This document shows positions 44,831 through 61,019 of a stretch of 64,000 nt of DNA, piece by piece. Made by a program: the position numbers and the translations under genes. A model generated the notes under the pieces. That model was not told the DNA's origin, searched no databases, and saw nothing but the letters and a program-made list of their open reading frames with translations. This DNA is from the human T2T-CHM13v2.0 reference genome, Homo sapiens: NCBI RefSeq assembly GCF_009914755.1, contig NC_060926.1, one strand, 5' to 3'. The first letter of the stretch is position 1; every line of letters begins with the position of its first letter.

Positions 44831-46363
44831 TTTTTGCTTTGTTATTCTGTCTCTTACCTGTCTAATAAGCTTGGAACAACACAGGTGATGCCAATAAGCA
44901 TAAATATGGCTTTTCCTCCCTACCGGCTCCCTTAAAGATGACAGGTACTCAGGTACCAAAAAGACGTTAGAAGTAACTTAGCGCTGATGGTGGAGGCCAG
45001 CATAAAACCAGGGCCGTAGTGGTGGGAGGTACCACTACCCCCTTGGTTGTGTGGGAACCACTTAATACCAGGGGCTGTCGGAGGGTGTCAGTGTGAAGCC
45101 TGCTGCCCGAATCCAGGTGATAGTCTAGCTCCGCTTCCAGAGCACTGTATGTTCATAAGATGAACAAACAACCTATTTAATGTTGCCCAAAGCTCAGTTT
45201 TATACTTTGAGATATGACAAGGGGAAACTAAGTAAAAATGAAATATTTTGGAGTTTGTCCATGTTTATTTTCAGACTGCTTACTACTGAATTTTGTAATC
45301 AGTATTAAAAGATGCGGGAGTTGGGATTTTATAAAAATATTTTATTATCTCAAAAATAGTCAAAAGGAATTTCTTGGCACTGTACAGGGAAATAAGTGAT
45401 ACAATTTTAAAGGGGACATGAGAAGTATAGATTTTACAATATGAAGGAGGTTATTTTTAAGCTATTTATAAAGCAGCATTAGATACAGATTTATTATTCA
45501 GTATAGAAGATGAGTTTTTCTATGGTACCAGAAGAAATGTATTTTTGAGAATCATTTTTTTATATTTAGTAAATGTTCTACCATAAAGAAGAAGAATATT
45601 TGCACAGGTCTTTTCAGTTTTCAATGTGCTTTCATATTTTCTCACTTAATCCTCTAGTGATTGTACAAGGTCTTTGATCAAGGACATTGTACATCACGTC
45701 AACCCCAAAGGTCCATTGCCTGTATGTGTGTGTCCCTCTGGAGGTAGGGAAGGTTTTTAGTGATAGGGGTTGGTGATTTGGTGTACTATGGGTTTGGAAA
45801 AGGAATTGAGTTAAGGAGAACTTAAGGGGCTGAACACAAAAGATCAGGGTTTGGAAAGAAAATGGGCAGCATGGTACATCAGAAACAAGCTTCGGATTAG
45901 AAATCAGGAGAAAGAGTTCCATCTTTGCTAATAAGCAGCTTTGTGTCTTTGGGCAACTTATTTGACCTCTAGCTAAGCTCTATTTCCTCATTTGTAAATT
46001 AAGGCAATAGTTGGTCCCTAAGATCAGATTAATCAAATTTGTGATTCAATAACAGTATCTATGGTTATTATTTTCCTCTTAATGTTTTTCTATATAATGA
46101 GCATGTATTACTTGTATAATGAGCATATATTATATATACAGAAACAAAAAGATTAATTTAAACTTTCTGAGGCTTTAATTCTTCAAACACAAGAAGGCTT
46201 TATGCCGCCTCAACCTTTGAACAGGGCTAACTGTAAATTTTCTTCAAGGATGCTGATTTATAAAATGCTAATTAAAGTTTTAAAAATGTGAATTGCAATA
46301 ATAGTTTTTAAAGAAATTTCAATATCTTCCTAACATATATAGGTATTATTTTATTTAAGATGA

Positions 46364-46697
<334 letters not shown>

Positions 46698-47728
46698 ATG
46701 ATTTTCTATTCTTGATTTTGCACTTGATATCATTATTATACCTCTGGGGAATTTTGAGGTACTCATTAAGGCAACATATGATCCTTGTTTATTTTCAGGT
46801 TACTTTATCTGTCTCCTGGATCCAAATAGTCATAACCTGGAAAGTAATATCACCAAGCAAGGACCTTGGTTTGATAACTGCTTTGGTGTTTCTGCATTTA
46901 AATTAACTGCTTTTTGAGTTGTTTAGTTCATCTGTTACCTGAAATGTAGCAATGCATATTTGAAGTTTTGCTTCCTGAAGAACATCACATTTACGTATGA
47001 AGACTGATTTTCAATATACACCTATAGAGTTGCCAAAAACATACAAAATAGGTTGCTAGAATTGATTGGCAAAAATATCTTTGAGGTTATAAATCCCAAA
47101 GAATGTGTCTGTGAACATGTAGGTTTCATTTGACTGTGGAAGTCCAGCTGAGGCTCGTTTTAACTTCTTCACGGATTGTTTTCTTAGGCTTACCTGAGTC
47201 TCCACCAGCACTGGCTGCGAGCTTCCCCTTTTCTGTCCCCGCCCTTTTTTTCTGATACACAGGCATGGCTTATTATTATTCTGTGGCAAGATCAACATGT
47301 AATTTCTTGTGGTCATGAGGTATATGTTTTTTGTATAATCTACTTTGTATTTGCCTCAGCATTAAGATGGATCCAGCCTTTGATTAAAAACAGTAAAGCA
47401 ACCTTAGGAAATCACATTAGAAAGCATTAATGTTTTGACTAATTTAAAAATGCAAACAAAAAACACCTAGACTATAATTTTCAGTTTATAAGGAGGTAGT
47501 GTATCATTAAATGAGTTTAGTTTCTTCTTAGTACCAATTACTCTAGAGATTTCTAATTTGTTTGTCCTTATGATGTGGAGCCTACTGCCTTTAAGGTTAA
47601 TGTGTACTGATATAGAATGATGGTTGTGGTTCAGTCTTTCATAAGGTGGACCATCTGAGGTAAAGTTGAACACCAATGGTAAAATGGTTAAAGGTTTGTA
47701 TTTGTGTCACAGAAGTACCTCTGTACTA

Positions 47729-48009
47729 CTTTTTTTTTTTTTCAAATGGAGTCTCACTCTGTCGCCCAGGCTGGAGTGTAGTGGCACAATCTCAGCTCAT
47801 TGCAACCTCCGCCCCCAGTTTCAACCGATTCTCCTGCCTCAGCCTCCTGTGTAGCTGGGATTACAGGTGCCCACCACCATGCTCAGCTAATTTTTGTATT
47901 TTTAGTAGAGATGGGGTTTAACTATGTTGGCTAGGCTGGTCTCAAACTCCTGACCTCAAGTGATCCGCCACCTCGGCCTCCCAAAGTGCTGGGATTATAG
48001 GTGTGAGCC
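47729..48009 (-). mobile_element. Alu (AluS-type)
   Basis: Reverse dimer with TSD TGTACTACTTTTT. Confidence 0.93.
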
Positions 48010-49513
48010 ATGTACTACTTTTTAAAAAATGTCTCACTTTACAAGCAGTTGACCAACTCAAACAAGACTGTAATCCTAGCAAATTAAATGTATTAATCTG
48101 CCTATTGTGAGGTGATAATGAGCTGATGATTGGATATTTAGGAAATAATTCCTCACCAAAGTCTCACAAACTGCATTAAATTGGTATCTTCCTTTACTTG
48201 ATTGTGCTATCTGGCCCTAGGGAAAATCTGGTTCTTTTTCTCTTTTCAAGCTGTTCACATTTTTCAAAGCACAAGTATATGACAACTCTTCTGACTTCTT
48301 GTGTTCACATATTTCAGAGACTTCTCATCAGTGCCATTTGTCTCAAATTGCTTTGCAAACCATAGCAGTATATAAAATCACCACTGTAAAAATGTCCCAG
48401 AAGTGCCCTAACTGTGCCTTTTGGTCAAATTAACTAGCTATTGCCTTCATATAGAAGATCAAAATAACTAACACTTCCAGTTCTCTGCCAAACACATTCA
48501 AACAAAGGCAGTTTGGCTACACAACTAAACCTAAAAGTTCCACCACAGATATAAACTGATGGTTCAACACACAAAAGCGTGGGTAAGCATTTCTGAGGAA
48601 TACTTACAAAGATTACTGGTCAAAATCTTTCTCTAATTAATTTAGCTATATATGTATGTCCAGGTTAGCCCTGAGTGTAAATATTGTTCACATTGTCCCT
48701 ATATAACTCTGTCACACTCTCAAGAGAAAGAAAACTTCTCTACTGTAATCAATTGGTTTAGAAATTAAAAGAGGGAAGAAGAGCCTTCAGGTATTTAATC
48801 TAGACCTTTTTTGATTGATACATAATGAATGTACATATTTCTGGGCTACATGTGATATTTTGATACATGCACACATTGTGTAATGATCAAATCAGGATAA
48901 TTGGGATATCTATCACCTAAATATTGATCAATTCTCTAGGTTGGGAAAATTATAAATCTTCTCTTCTAGCTCTTTTGAAGTATACAATAAATTACTATTA
49001 ACTATAGCCACCCTACTGTGCTATGAAACACTAGAACTTATTTTTTTCTATTAAACTGTATTTTCATTCCCTTTAACCAACTTCTCTTCATCCTTACTCC
49101 CCACTACTCTTCCCAGCCGCTAGTAATCACCATTCTACTCTCTACCTCCATGTGATCAACATTTTTTAACTCCCACATCAGTGAAAACATGCAATAATTT
49201 TCTATGCCTGGCTTATTTCACTTAACATAATGTCCTCCAGTTCCATCCATATTGCTCAAATGACAGGATTTCATTCTTCTTTATGGCTGAATAATATGTG
49301 GTTTTATATATACATATACATTTTCTTTATCTATTCATCTGTTGATGGACACTTAGTGTGATTCCATTTCTTGGCTATTATGACTATTGCTACAATAAAC
49401 ATGGACATGCAGATATCTCATCAATGTACTGATTACCTAGCAGTGGGATTGCTTGATCATATGGCAGTTCTAATTTCAGTTTTTTGAAGAACCTCCATAC
49501 AGTTTTCCATGAC

Positions 49514-49895
49514 TGTATTAGTCAATTTTCCCACTGCTATAAAGACGTACCTGAGACTGGGTCATTTATGGAGAAAAGAGGTTTAATTGACTCTCAGTTC
49601 TGCAAGCTGTACAGGAGGTATGTCTGAGGAGGCCTCAGGAAACTTAAAATCATGGCGGAAGGTGAAGAGGAAGCAGGCACAATCGTCACATGGTAGAGCA
49701 GGAGATAGAGAGCTAAGGGGGAAGTGCTACACACTTTTAAACAACCAGATCTCATGAGAACTCACTCATTATCACAAGAACAGCAAAGGGAAGTCCACCC
49801 CAATGATTGAATCATCTCCCGCCAGCCCCTCCTCCAACACTGGGGATACAATTCCACGTGAGATTTGGGTGGGAACACAGAGTCAAACCATATCA
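49514..49895 (-). mobile_element. MSTA/MSTB-type MaLR solo LTR nested in L1
   Basis: TGTATTAGTC...AAACCATATCA termini with a perfect 5-bp TSD ATGAC. Confidence 0.92.
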
Positions 49896-50134
49896 ATGAC
49901 TGTACTAATTTACATTCTCACCAACAGTGTATAAGGATTCCCTTTGCTCTACATCCTCACTAGCATTTGTTATTGTTTGTCTTTTTGATCAGGAAGATAA
50001 TAACCATTCTAATTGGGATGAGATGATATCTCATTGTGGTTTTGATTTGTATTTCCTTTATGATTAGTAATGTTGAGCATTTTTTCATGTACTTTTGGCC
50101 ATTTGTATCTCTTCTTTTGAAAAATGTCTATTCA

Positions 50135-50463
<329 letters not shown>

Positions 50464-53160
50464 TTATTTTTAAATTGGATTTATTTATTTATTTATTTGC
50501 TGTTGAGTTGTTTTGAGTTATTTGTATATTCTAGTTATTAATCCCTTGTTGGATGAATAGTTTACAGCTATTTTGTCCCATCCTGTATGTTGTTTTCTTT
50601 GCTGAGCAGAAGTTCTTTAGCTTGATGTAATCCCATTTGTCTATTTTTGCTTTTGTTGCCTGTGATTTTAAGGTATTACCCCAAAAAAATCTTTACTCAG
50701 ACCAATATCCTGAAACATTTCCCCAGTGTTTTCTTTTAGTAGTTTCATAGTTTCAGGACTTACACTTAAGCATTTAATCCATTTTGATTTGATTTTGTAT
50801 ATGGTAAGAGATAGGGATCTAGTTTCATTTTTCTGCATATGGATATCCGGCTTTCCCAGAACCATTTATTGAAGAAAACGTCTTTTCCCAGTGTATGTTC
50901 TTGAAACCTTTGTCGAAAATAAGTTCACTGTAGGTGTGTGGACTTGTTTCTGGGGTCTCTATTCTGTTGCATCTGTCCATGTGTCTGTTTTTATGCCAGT
51001 ACTATGCCTTTTGGGTGACTACAGATTTTTAATATATTTTGAAGTCAGGTAGTATGATATCTCTAGCTTTGTTGTTTTTGCTCAGGGTTGCTTTGGCTTT
51101 CTGGAGTCTTGTGTGGTTCCATATGAATTTTGAGATTGCTTTTTCTAGTTCTGTGAAGAATGTCATTGGTATTTTAACAGGCATTGCATTGAATCTGTAG
51201 ATCACTTTGGGTGATCTTCCATGAGCATGAGACATCTTTTCATTTTGTGTGTGTCCTTTTCAACTTTTCTCATCAATGTTTTATAGTTTTCCTTGTATAG
51301 ATCTTTCACTTCTTTGTCTCAATTTATTCCTGGGTATTTTATTTGTTTGGGTAGCTATTGTAAGTGGGATTGCGTTCTTTATTTCTTTTTCAAATTATTA
51401 ACTGTCGGCCAGTAGAAATACTGTTGATTTTTGAACATTGATTTTTGTATCCTGCAACTTTACTTAATTCATGTATTGGTTGTAACAGGTTTTTGGTGGA
51501 GTCTTTAGGTTTTTCTCAATGTAAGAGTATGTTGTCTGCAAATAGGGATAATTCTTACTTCTTCCTTTCCAATTTGAATGTCCTTTATTTTTTTTTTCTT
51601 TGAACATAAATTTTATCTCCTGGCTCAGCTATTAAGAAATTAGACACTATTTTGTAAACCATTCCCAGGAACAGGACTATAAATGCCAGAAGGAATTAAC
51701 CTACATTCCATTGACCCAAGATTCAGACTCTGACTTTGGGGCAAAAGGGTAATTTTTAAGAGATCATAGTGGTTTGCCTCCTGTCTTTAAGGAAGTGGTA
51801 TGGCATAGTAGAGGGATGTGCTGTTTGACTCTAGACAAACCTGAGTTTAATCAAGACTCTATTTCTTATTAATTATGTGATAAGATTACCTAAGTTTCTG
51901 AACCTCAGCTTCCTTTTCTGTAAAATGGAAATAGTAATGTTTCCTTGCATAGTTAATGTAGGCTCATGTGAGATGCCACAAAGAGAGTGCCTGGGACTTG
52001 GGGAGTTCTCAAATGTTAATTTACTTCTCACAGACAACTTAGGAAACTGCTGGAGAGCTATCTTTTCACTGATCTCTGTATTTCCTGAATCTGTGTTTTG
52101 CTTTTTATAACGTGGTTTTCACTTCCTATCTGAAAAAATAATTCTATTTGTCTACATTATTTTATTTGCCTCAAAAATTTGTTTTTCAAACTTTCAGAAA
52201 GCAATCTTATTTTGAGTACCTAGAAGTTAAGTTCATACTTACTGAATCTCCGTTCTTTATAATTTCATTGACTTCAATCATTCGTTTTTAGAGTCTTCAT
52301 GTTTACTAATTAGGGGTCAGCAATCTTTAAAAAACTAAGGATCAATCTTCCTTTTGATTTGTTAATGAGGTGGCTAGTACTGACTGGCCAAATCTCCTGG
52401 CTAATTTCACAAATTGAGGTGGCAAATGCATGTAGATCACCTGCCTTAAAAGCTTTGGGGATAAGGGGGAGAGGGGTTACAAGTTAGCCACAAACTGAAT
52501 AACTGAGGCCTATTCACTCAGACTGCAGGAGATGTGTCTATCTTGCTTCGCATTATGTTTCTGGTGCATAGCACGGTGCCTGTCACATAGTTGTTGCTTA
52601 AGAAATGTTTGATGACTGACTAAATGAATTAATGAGCAAATAGATGCCACAGAAAATCAGCCCATGTGTAATTATTGATAATATGCTGTAGGATACAGGT
52701 GCCTTGTTATATCAGTTAGGAATGTTTTCAGTTGCAAGTCACCTAATAGTGGCGTAAACAAATGAGATTTATTTCCCCACACAGTTTGCAAGAAGGCAGT
52801 TGTAGGTGTGTTGACCCAGTGGTTCTATGATGTCAGGTTTAGAGTCTGTTGGACTTTACAGAGTTGCAAGATTGTTGCAGGATTTCCATGCATCATGTCC
52901 TTCTCTAACCATATTCAAAGGCAGAAGTAGCTATGAGTACAGGGCAGGGAGCCTCCCTTAGTAGCCCCTTCTTTTATCAAAGAGGAAAATATTCCTGAGG
53001 AGACCCACAGGGGATTTTCCCTTCACTTCACTGAACAGAACTAGTCATATACCTGCTCTTAGGCCAGAAACTAGGATCACTTTCCTTGAGATTATAGGCT
53101 CTTCAAGTAACATCTAATAGAGGTTCTGCTAGCAAGGAGGAATTAGTGGGGATGGCTTTT

Positions 53161-53394
<234 letters not shown>

Positions 53395-54050
53395 CTATAA
53401 CTAGACATAGAATTGATGCTTTTAGTTATCACTGCTAAAGTGGAATGCTGAACTAAAGAAGTGCTGTTTAATTAAATGCCATGTATAATTCAAGGAAAAA
53501 GACTAATAACGCTTCTGAATTTTCATCAGTATCTGTGATTTTGCCAGCATTTTTTGGTATTACTTATTATTTAAATGGCTATTTGCCTTATTAAGAGAAT
53601 AAAAATTTATTTCAACAAATAGAATTAAATTAACATCTGGATTTATTTTGAAAATGTGTTTCTTTTATTGTGAGCCTAAGAATATCTAGAGTTTCTGTTT
53701 GCCCTACTAATCAGTGTCCACAAGAAAATAACGAAACAAGATGTGAAAAATTCAAACAGCTTTCTAGTATCATAGTATGATAGAAGCCCTAGATACCTCA
53801 CCTAGTATCTAGTATCATAAAAGCCCTCAAAATAAATGGAATCCAGCCTTTTAAAATTTAATTTAGTTAAACTACTTGTTTGTGAAAACACGAACTTGGT
53901 CTCAAGTTGCTGTTTTCAGTTTCAGCAAAGTACAAGGTTTTAGAAAATAGTAATTCATAGGGTAGCTATGACAGGTTTTGCTGCTTTGTGAGATACTCCA
54001 AATTGTTGTTATTTAAGTGATGGGCATCAAATATCAAAATACTAAAAATT

Positions 54051-54368
54051 GGGCCAGGTGCAGTGGCTCATGCCTGTAACCTCAGCATTTTGGGAGGCTA
54101 AGGTGGGAGGATCACTTGAGTCCAACATAGTGACACCTCGTCTCCACAAAAAAATAAACAAAATGAGTCGAGTGTGGTGGCATGTGCCTGTAGTCTCAGC
54201 TATTCAGGAGGCTGAGGGAGGAGGATCACTTGAGCCCAAGAAGTCGAGGATGCAGTGAACTATGTTCATGTCACTGCACTCCAGCCTAGATGACAGAGCC
54301 AGACCCTGTCTCAAAAATCAAACAAACCAACAAATAAAAAACCTAACAACAACAACAACAACAACAAA
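54051..54368 (+). mobile_element. AluJ with (CAA)n tail
   Basis: Dimer with an internal deletion in the left arm. TSD CTAAAAATTG. Confidence 0.9.
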
Positions 54369-55275
54369 AGCCCTAAAAATTGCCTGCATCATGTAAGGGG
54401 TGTCAGGTGAAAATTCCTCCAAAAGAAAGCATTTATTTCCAGTAATTTTTGTATGAGTGTTTAAGATTATAATTTAGATAAAAGAGTTTTTAAAACATAA
54501 TTTTCCATTCCCTATCAAACTCTGTCTCCAAATGTATCTACATTTATATTTTATTAAAGACAGATATCTATCAAAGTATAGCTACCAAACCAAAACACTC
54601 ATTTCTCCTTTTTTAAAAAAAGTCAATACATTAAAATTAAAGGTTATTTATTTTTAAATGTTATGTGTTGTAAAGGACAACCACTGAAAATATCTTATTT
54701 ATGAGTGGGTCTTTCATATTTTTAAGAGCTTTTGCCAGTTAATGTAACAAGTCATCATCATCAAATAACTTGCTTGACCACTCTAGTAAATATTAAGCAT
54801 TTATTTAGATATGAAAGTGAAGTTTACAGGATGTAAGATTTTCCTGGTAAGATTGGGACACTTCCACAGAATGCAGGATGGGTGTCGCCCTTACAGTTTC
54901 CTAGTAAGTAGATTATATAAAATCGGAATAGTTTCAAATTTGGGGTTTTTTTTCTCTTTTATCTGTTCTCCGACTTTTTTTTTAGAACTTATATTCCACA
55001 CTACAATTGATTAAGTTTTACATGTTTAGAATCTATGTAGGAGAATATCATTTATAAATCTGTGCTTATGAAATGAAACCTATCTCCATCAAGTTGTCAC
55101 TGAGCATTAGAATCCCTGGCTGGCAGTGGGCTGGTTGTTTAATTGGTTAGTAGGTTCATTTGTTTATTTTTGATTGGTGATTTTTTTCTTTATATTTATA
55201 AAATTAAGACACAAACTCCAAGAACAGTTACCATTGATCATTGAGCATTTAAAAGTAGGATCTGAGGATTATAAG

Positions 55276-55739
55276 TGTTATGGGTTGAATCATGTCCCCC
55301 ACCAAATTCATATGCTGAAGTCTTAACCTTCAGTACATCAGAATGTGACCCCATTTGGAAATAGGATTAATGCAGATGTCATTAGTTAAGAACAGGCCAT
55401 ATTGGAATAGACTGGGCCCCTAATCCAATGTCACCGCTATCTTATAAAAAGGGAAAATTTGGATACACACACACACATACACACACGAAGAAAGCCATAT
55501 GAAGATGAAGGCAGAAATCTACAAGCCAAGGAACTCCAAAGATTGCCAACAAATCATCAGAAGCTAAGAGAAAGGCATGGAACAGATTCTCCCTTATATC
55601 CATCAGAAGGAAGGAGTCAACCCTGTCAACAGCTTGATCTTGGACCTCTGGTCTCGAGAAATGGAAGACAATGAATTCTGTTGTTCTAAGCCACCTGGTT
55701 TGTAGTACTTTGTTATAGCAGCTCTAGAAAACCAGTACA
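55276..55739 (+). mobile_element. MLT1B/C-type MaLR solo LTR
   Basis: TGTTATGGGTTGAAT...GTCCCC start and CTAAGCCACCTGGTTTGTAGTACTTTGTTATAGCAGC...TACA end. Confidence 0.88.
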
Positions 55740-56430
55740 GTAATTAATCATAATTAAGCTTCTTGCATCAGAAAGAAATAACGTTTGACTTCTCCCAAGC
55801 ATTGTTTTTCAGCATCAAACACAAAGTAAATGTGATTGTGCTTTCTGAAACAAACCACTCATCTCATTTCTACCACTCTCCTTACCATCAATACATTATA
55901 ATTCTTTGAAAACTAGTTAATTTTGGTTATCAGTTATATATGCTTAATATTAATGTTTCATATTGCAGAAATACCATAATGTGACACTGATATTGAGTAT
56001 ACATAAGTAATCAAGGAAAAATTAGCATTCAATAATTACAAGAAATTCTAGCATTACAACTAAAATGCTACATTTTTTACATGAAAAAACATTAAAGCCT
56101 CTATATTCCAGGAGACTATTTCAATAATAAGAAAATTAGGGTGGTTGAAGACTAATGATTTAAGGAATGTCTTTCCTTCTTCATAAAGTCAATAAGGGCA
56201 AAATTCACAATATTTTCTTTCTGTTCTATGGGTTAAAGATTTAGATATAATATAGAACAATGTATGGTCACTTGTCAGATGACTAGAGGCCCCACTTCAA
56301 TATTCTAAAATCTAAGGCCAAAGCCAAGAAATAAACAAGACTTTGTTAGGGCATGGTGAAGTTATTGAGGGAGGTTAAACTCTCCCTTGAAAAAGGGTGG
56401 TCCCCACTGAAGAGAAAGGGGAAAAGGAAA

Positions 56431-56463
<33 letters not shown>

Positions 56464-56879
56464 TAGAGAGAGATTGACTCTCAGCACCAGCACCACCAAG
56501 GAAAAGAGAACTATTTGGTTGGTGCAAAAGTATTTATTTTACATATACTAATTCATTTAGTCTCACAGTAAGCCCCGTGAAGTAGCCATAATTATTATGC
56601 CCCTTTTATAGGCAAGGAAATTGAAGTTTAGAACCCTGGGGAAATTTTTTTTACTAAATTTTTAGACCTAAAAGCTAAGAAACTAAACTGTTGACCAGAA
56701 ATAATCCTGTAATGTGCTCTACCTTCTTATATCTGGCTTGAAATATCCTCAGCAGTCATTACCATAGAAGATGCTACCTGTGCTATCTCAGCAATTCTCA
56801 ATTCCCTCTTGAGAATTAGGATAGAATTTTTTGCAAACAAATTTATTATTATTATAATAAACAAAATTACATCTTCTCA

Positions 56880-57001
56880 GCCAAGTGTAGTGCATGAACC
56901 TATAGTCCCAGCTACCCAGGAGACTAAGACAGGAGGATTGCTTGAAGCCAAAAGTTCGAGGCTAGCCTAAGCAGTGTACTGAGACCTGGTCTCTAAAAAA
57001 A
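56880..57001 (+). mobile_element. FLAM-type Alu monomer
   Basis: Single diverged arm (GTCCCAGCTAC...GGAGGATTGCTTGA...AGTTCGAGGCTAGCC). Confidence 0.75.
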
Positions 57002-57244
57002 CTTTTAAAAATATATCTTCTCAGAGCAACTATGAATGGGTAAGTCTCCAAGATGTCATCTCCCTAGCATCCAAAAAAACTACAGATAGAGCAAAGCAAC
57101 TTGAAAATTTAGGGCATATAGATTATGTACAATTTTGTGTCCACACTATTGCATTACTGTTTCAGAAGCAGTGTTCCTAAGATGTCAGTTTCATCAGTGT
57201 GAAGTTCTTTTGCAAGTAAGCACTAGATATTCAGAATCCAAGTA

Positions 57245-57642
57245 TAGTCATACATCACTTAACAGCAGGGATACATTCTGAGAAATTCATCATTAGGCAA
57301 TTTTGTCATTGTGCAAACATCATAGAGTGTACTTAGACAAACCTGGATTGTATAGCCTACTACACACCTAGGCTATAGAGTATAGCCTGTTGCTCCTAGG
57401 CTACAAACCTGTACAGCATGTTACTGTACTGGATACTGTAGGCAGTACTTACACAGCAGTAAGTATTTGTGAATTTAAACATATCTAAACATAGAAAAGA
57501 TAATGCATTGCACTATGATTTTACAACAGCTAATGACATCACTAGATGATAGGGATTTCTCAGCTCCATAGTAATCTTATAGAGCCACCATCATATATGT
57601 GGTCTGTCTTTGACCGAAGGGTCATTATGTGGTACATGACTG
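57245..57642. mobile_element. Tigger3a/MER7-type non-autonomous DNA transposon
   Basis: TIR-like ends TAGTCATAC.../...ACATGACTG flanked by TA, with internal TATAGCCTACTACACACCTAGGCTA. Confidence 0.85.
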
Positions 57643-57877
57643 TAATCAAACCTTATCCACAGTATAAGAAAGGGCCTTCACATATTCCTTGGAACCACTG
57701 TAGCACTTCAAAATGTACAGCAAAAGTTAAATTTGAAGTGCCCACCTTTCATGTATAAATCTCCACATCTTTAATAGATGAAGTGAAAATAAACACCAAC
57801 AAAATATAAGCACAGAACAGTTCCCTATATGCAACTTTTATCTTTGATAAAAAAGACATTTAAATTTTATTACTCTG

Positions 57878-58160
<283 letters not shown>

Positions 58161-61019
58161 TTATTACTCTGGCCAGAAAAATATTTTTTAAAGTGCTGAG
58201 ACTATAGAATCAAGCATTCTGTCATATTATCAGTGTTAAACAAATAGAGATAAATTAATCAGAATGGAGAACAATGAAGCAAGGTAAAGTGAAAAGTCAT
58301 AGGAAAATACTTAGAATCTTCAAATGGGACAGTTTTGACATAGAAAATATTCAGTAAATATTTTTAAATGAATGAGTGAATGATTAACAATAAATTTTAA
58401 AGCTCTCAAAAAACAACCTCTATTATTTAATATTTGTTGTATGACACAAAGTTATTTGACACTATACAAAAGCTTTTGTCTTATTTTCCCTCTTAAATAG
58501 AGGAACAACATCTGGATATTGCCTGTATGAAAAAATGGCTTAAAGAATTTAAGATAGAATGCAAGCTATTTCAGGCAAGCTCTCCAGTTTCTTACATCCA
58601 TGAGAATTCTTTACAAAAACAAACAAAAATCACAAGATGCCCTTCACCTGATCTGCATCAGATTATCATAGCACAGATTCCAGGGCTGGCTGGCTTACCC
58701 TTATCTTCAAAATGAACGATGTTGAGAACTCAAGATAAATATTCAAAGGAGACATGCTGTAAAGAGAAAAGTAAAGGGGAAGAATTTAGTTTGCCTTGTC
58801 AAAACAAATTGTCCACTGGATTTACCTTCTAATGAAATAAATGAGCCATGTCTAGATAGGCACAATGTAGAGAAAGGTTTGTTGTTGGTTGGTTAGATCA
58901 TTTCATTGGAAGACATTCAATATTTAAGAAAAGAAATGTAGTTGCATAATCCTCTAATTGTCAAACATGAAGAATATTCAAGTATGGTGTAAATTTTTTA
59001 TTAGTTAAAGAAGACTTTGCATAAATGTTAACTGTTCTGTTATTGGTAGCAGTGCACATTTTTTCTTGCCACATCCTCATATTATCTTCCTGCTCAATTG
59101 CCTCCTTAATAGTCTCTTACAGCCTGTGAAAACTGAAAGAAAAGGTTTTAATGACTACTATGTAAAGTAAAAATGTTAATTACCTTCCAAACAAACATGA
59201 AAGGATAAAACTAACAGCACATCAACTAGGTGGGGGCAGAGAAAATCCTCTGTACTTAGACCAATGATTCTTTAGACCAAGTGAAGATGCTGGTCATTCC
59301 CAACATGAGGAAGAGAACAAGGACGGGATCAGCAACAGCCCACAGCCTGGAAAATGGGAAGCTTCTGTATGTTATGAGTCTGAGCTTCATAGGAAAGCTT
59401 CATTATCCTATCTGAATTATTTTAAATTTCAGCATGACACAACCACATGAAAATATCAATCCAAAATACATTCCAGAGACATGTGTAACTATACAATCAC
59501 CTCTAATAATCCCTGCTAATAGGGAACAGTGGTACAGACAACCCAAAATGTCTTTTTAAAAATCATTTTAATTGGGCTATGGATACAGTCTCATATCAAC
59601 ATATGACATTAAAAAGTTGATGAGCAATCAGAGGTACTACCTCAGTATTTTTGGTAGCTGTCACACTCATTCTTTCAAGAAGTTTGTGTCCAGTGTTGTT
59701 GGAAACTGACGAGGCAGAATGCAACCCTAGGAATAAGTTAAGGTCTAATGGAATATGAAAATTGAGAGGTATCCATTTCTGAGGTCTCTTCCAATCTAAA
59801 ATTTAGAAATCTGTGTCTGAGAGACAAGGAAGTTAACAGGCTATCACTGGATTACCTATCTCACAGAAAAAGGAACAGGAGTTTTATAAGAACTTTTGAT
59901 CTTCAAAGTCAGAAATAAATGTAAAGTAAATGTAGGAGAGGAAGTTAACCTGGGGGGCATACCAGGTGCCAAGACCTAGCTGGCTTAGAACCAGCTGGCT
60001 CAAGAGCAGAGAAACATTATTTTAATTAAAAGAAGAAAAGAAATTTTAAAAGAGAGGTGATAGCACATATTATTCGTTAAGAATTTAATTGGGAAAACTT
60101 CCGAAGAGCATTTCTACTTATTCATATCAAAATAGCCATAGTCCTACCCAAATATCCACACATATTTGTATTTTCAGTGCGTGATACACAAATAGCCTAA
60201 GCAGTTCTAGTTCTAAAACATATTTATCAGGAATATTTCATAGCAAATTCCCACGCTGGAGCCCGGATAAAAACTCAAGAGGCTGCTGCCCATTTTAGAA
60301 TTAACCATGTGGGAAGCTGCAGGATGATTAAGTGAACATAGAATGTCAATGAGCTTTTGAAAGGCAGAAACTTTTTTTTATTCATCTTTGGAAACCCAGC
60401 ACCTATTAGAGTGCTTGGTTCATAGTCACTACTGAATAAGTGGTGTATAGCCATAGGTCACTATCTGAGCTGGGAGCAAATCACAGACTGAAATTCAAAT
60501 TATGTCAGTAGCTTCTGTGAACTTCTATGAGTCACTTCCTGCCCGTTTGGTCACCTAGGAAAGAGGCTGTCTGTTGGGATGTGTAACGTATCCGATGTAC
60601 ATTGAAGTCCTCATTTAAAAGTGCCAAATTACTATTATTAACTAAAGAACTGGTTCTTTATATTCACAAAGGTGTCTTTCATCTACATACTTGAAAGCAC
60701 TTCAAGTCATAGCAAATTATTCCTATCACTTTTCTAAAACCTTAACACATTTTAAGGATTAAAAATGTGTTTATAGCTCTCATTTTTAATTATTATCTTT
60801 ACCCAGTCCTAGATGGCTTCACTGTAATTACAACTTTTAAAGCCTTTGCTTGGTCTTTTACCTTTTTTTAGTATTAATGAAATACTTACATTGAAAAGGT
60901 TATTAGGTACAAAGAAATAATATAGTAGGCCCTTAGAATCACTAAGTTCAAGGGGAGTATGACTTTAACTCTGCCCATACCTAGACTCAGATAAATCTGA
61001 AGAAATATTTGCCGCTATC

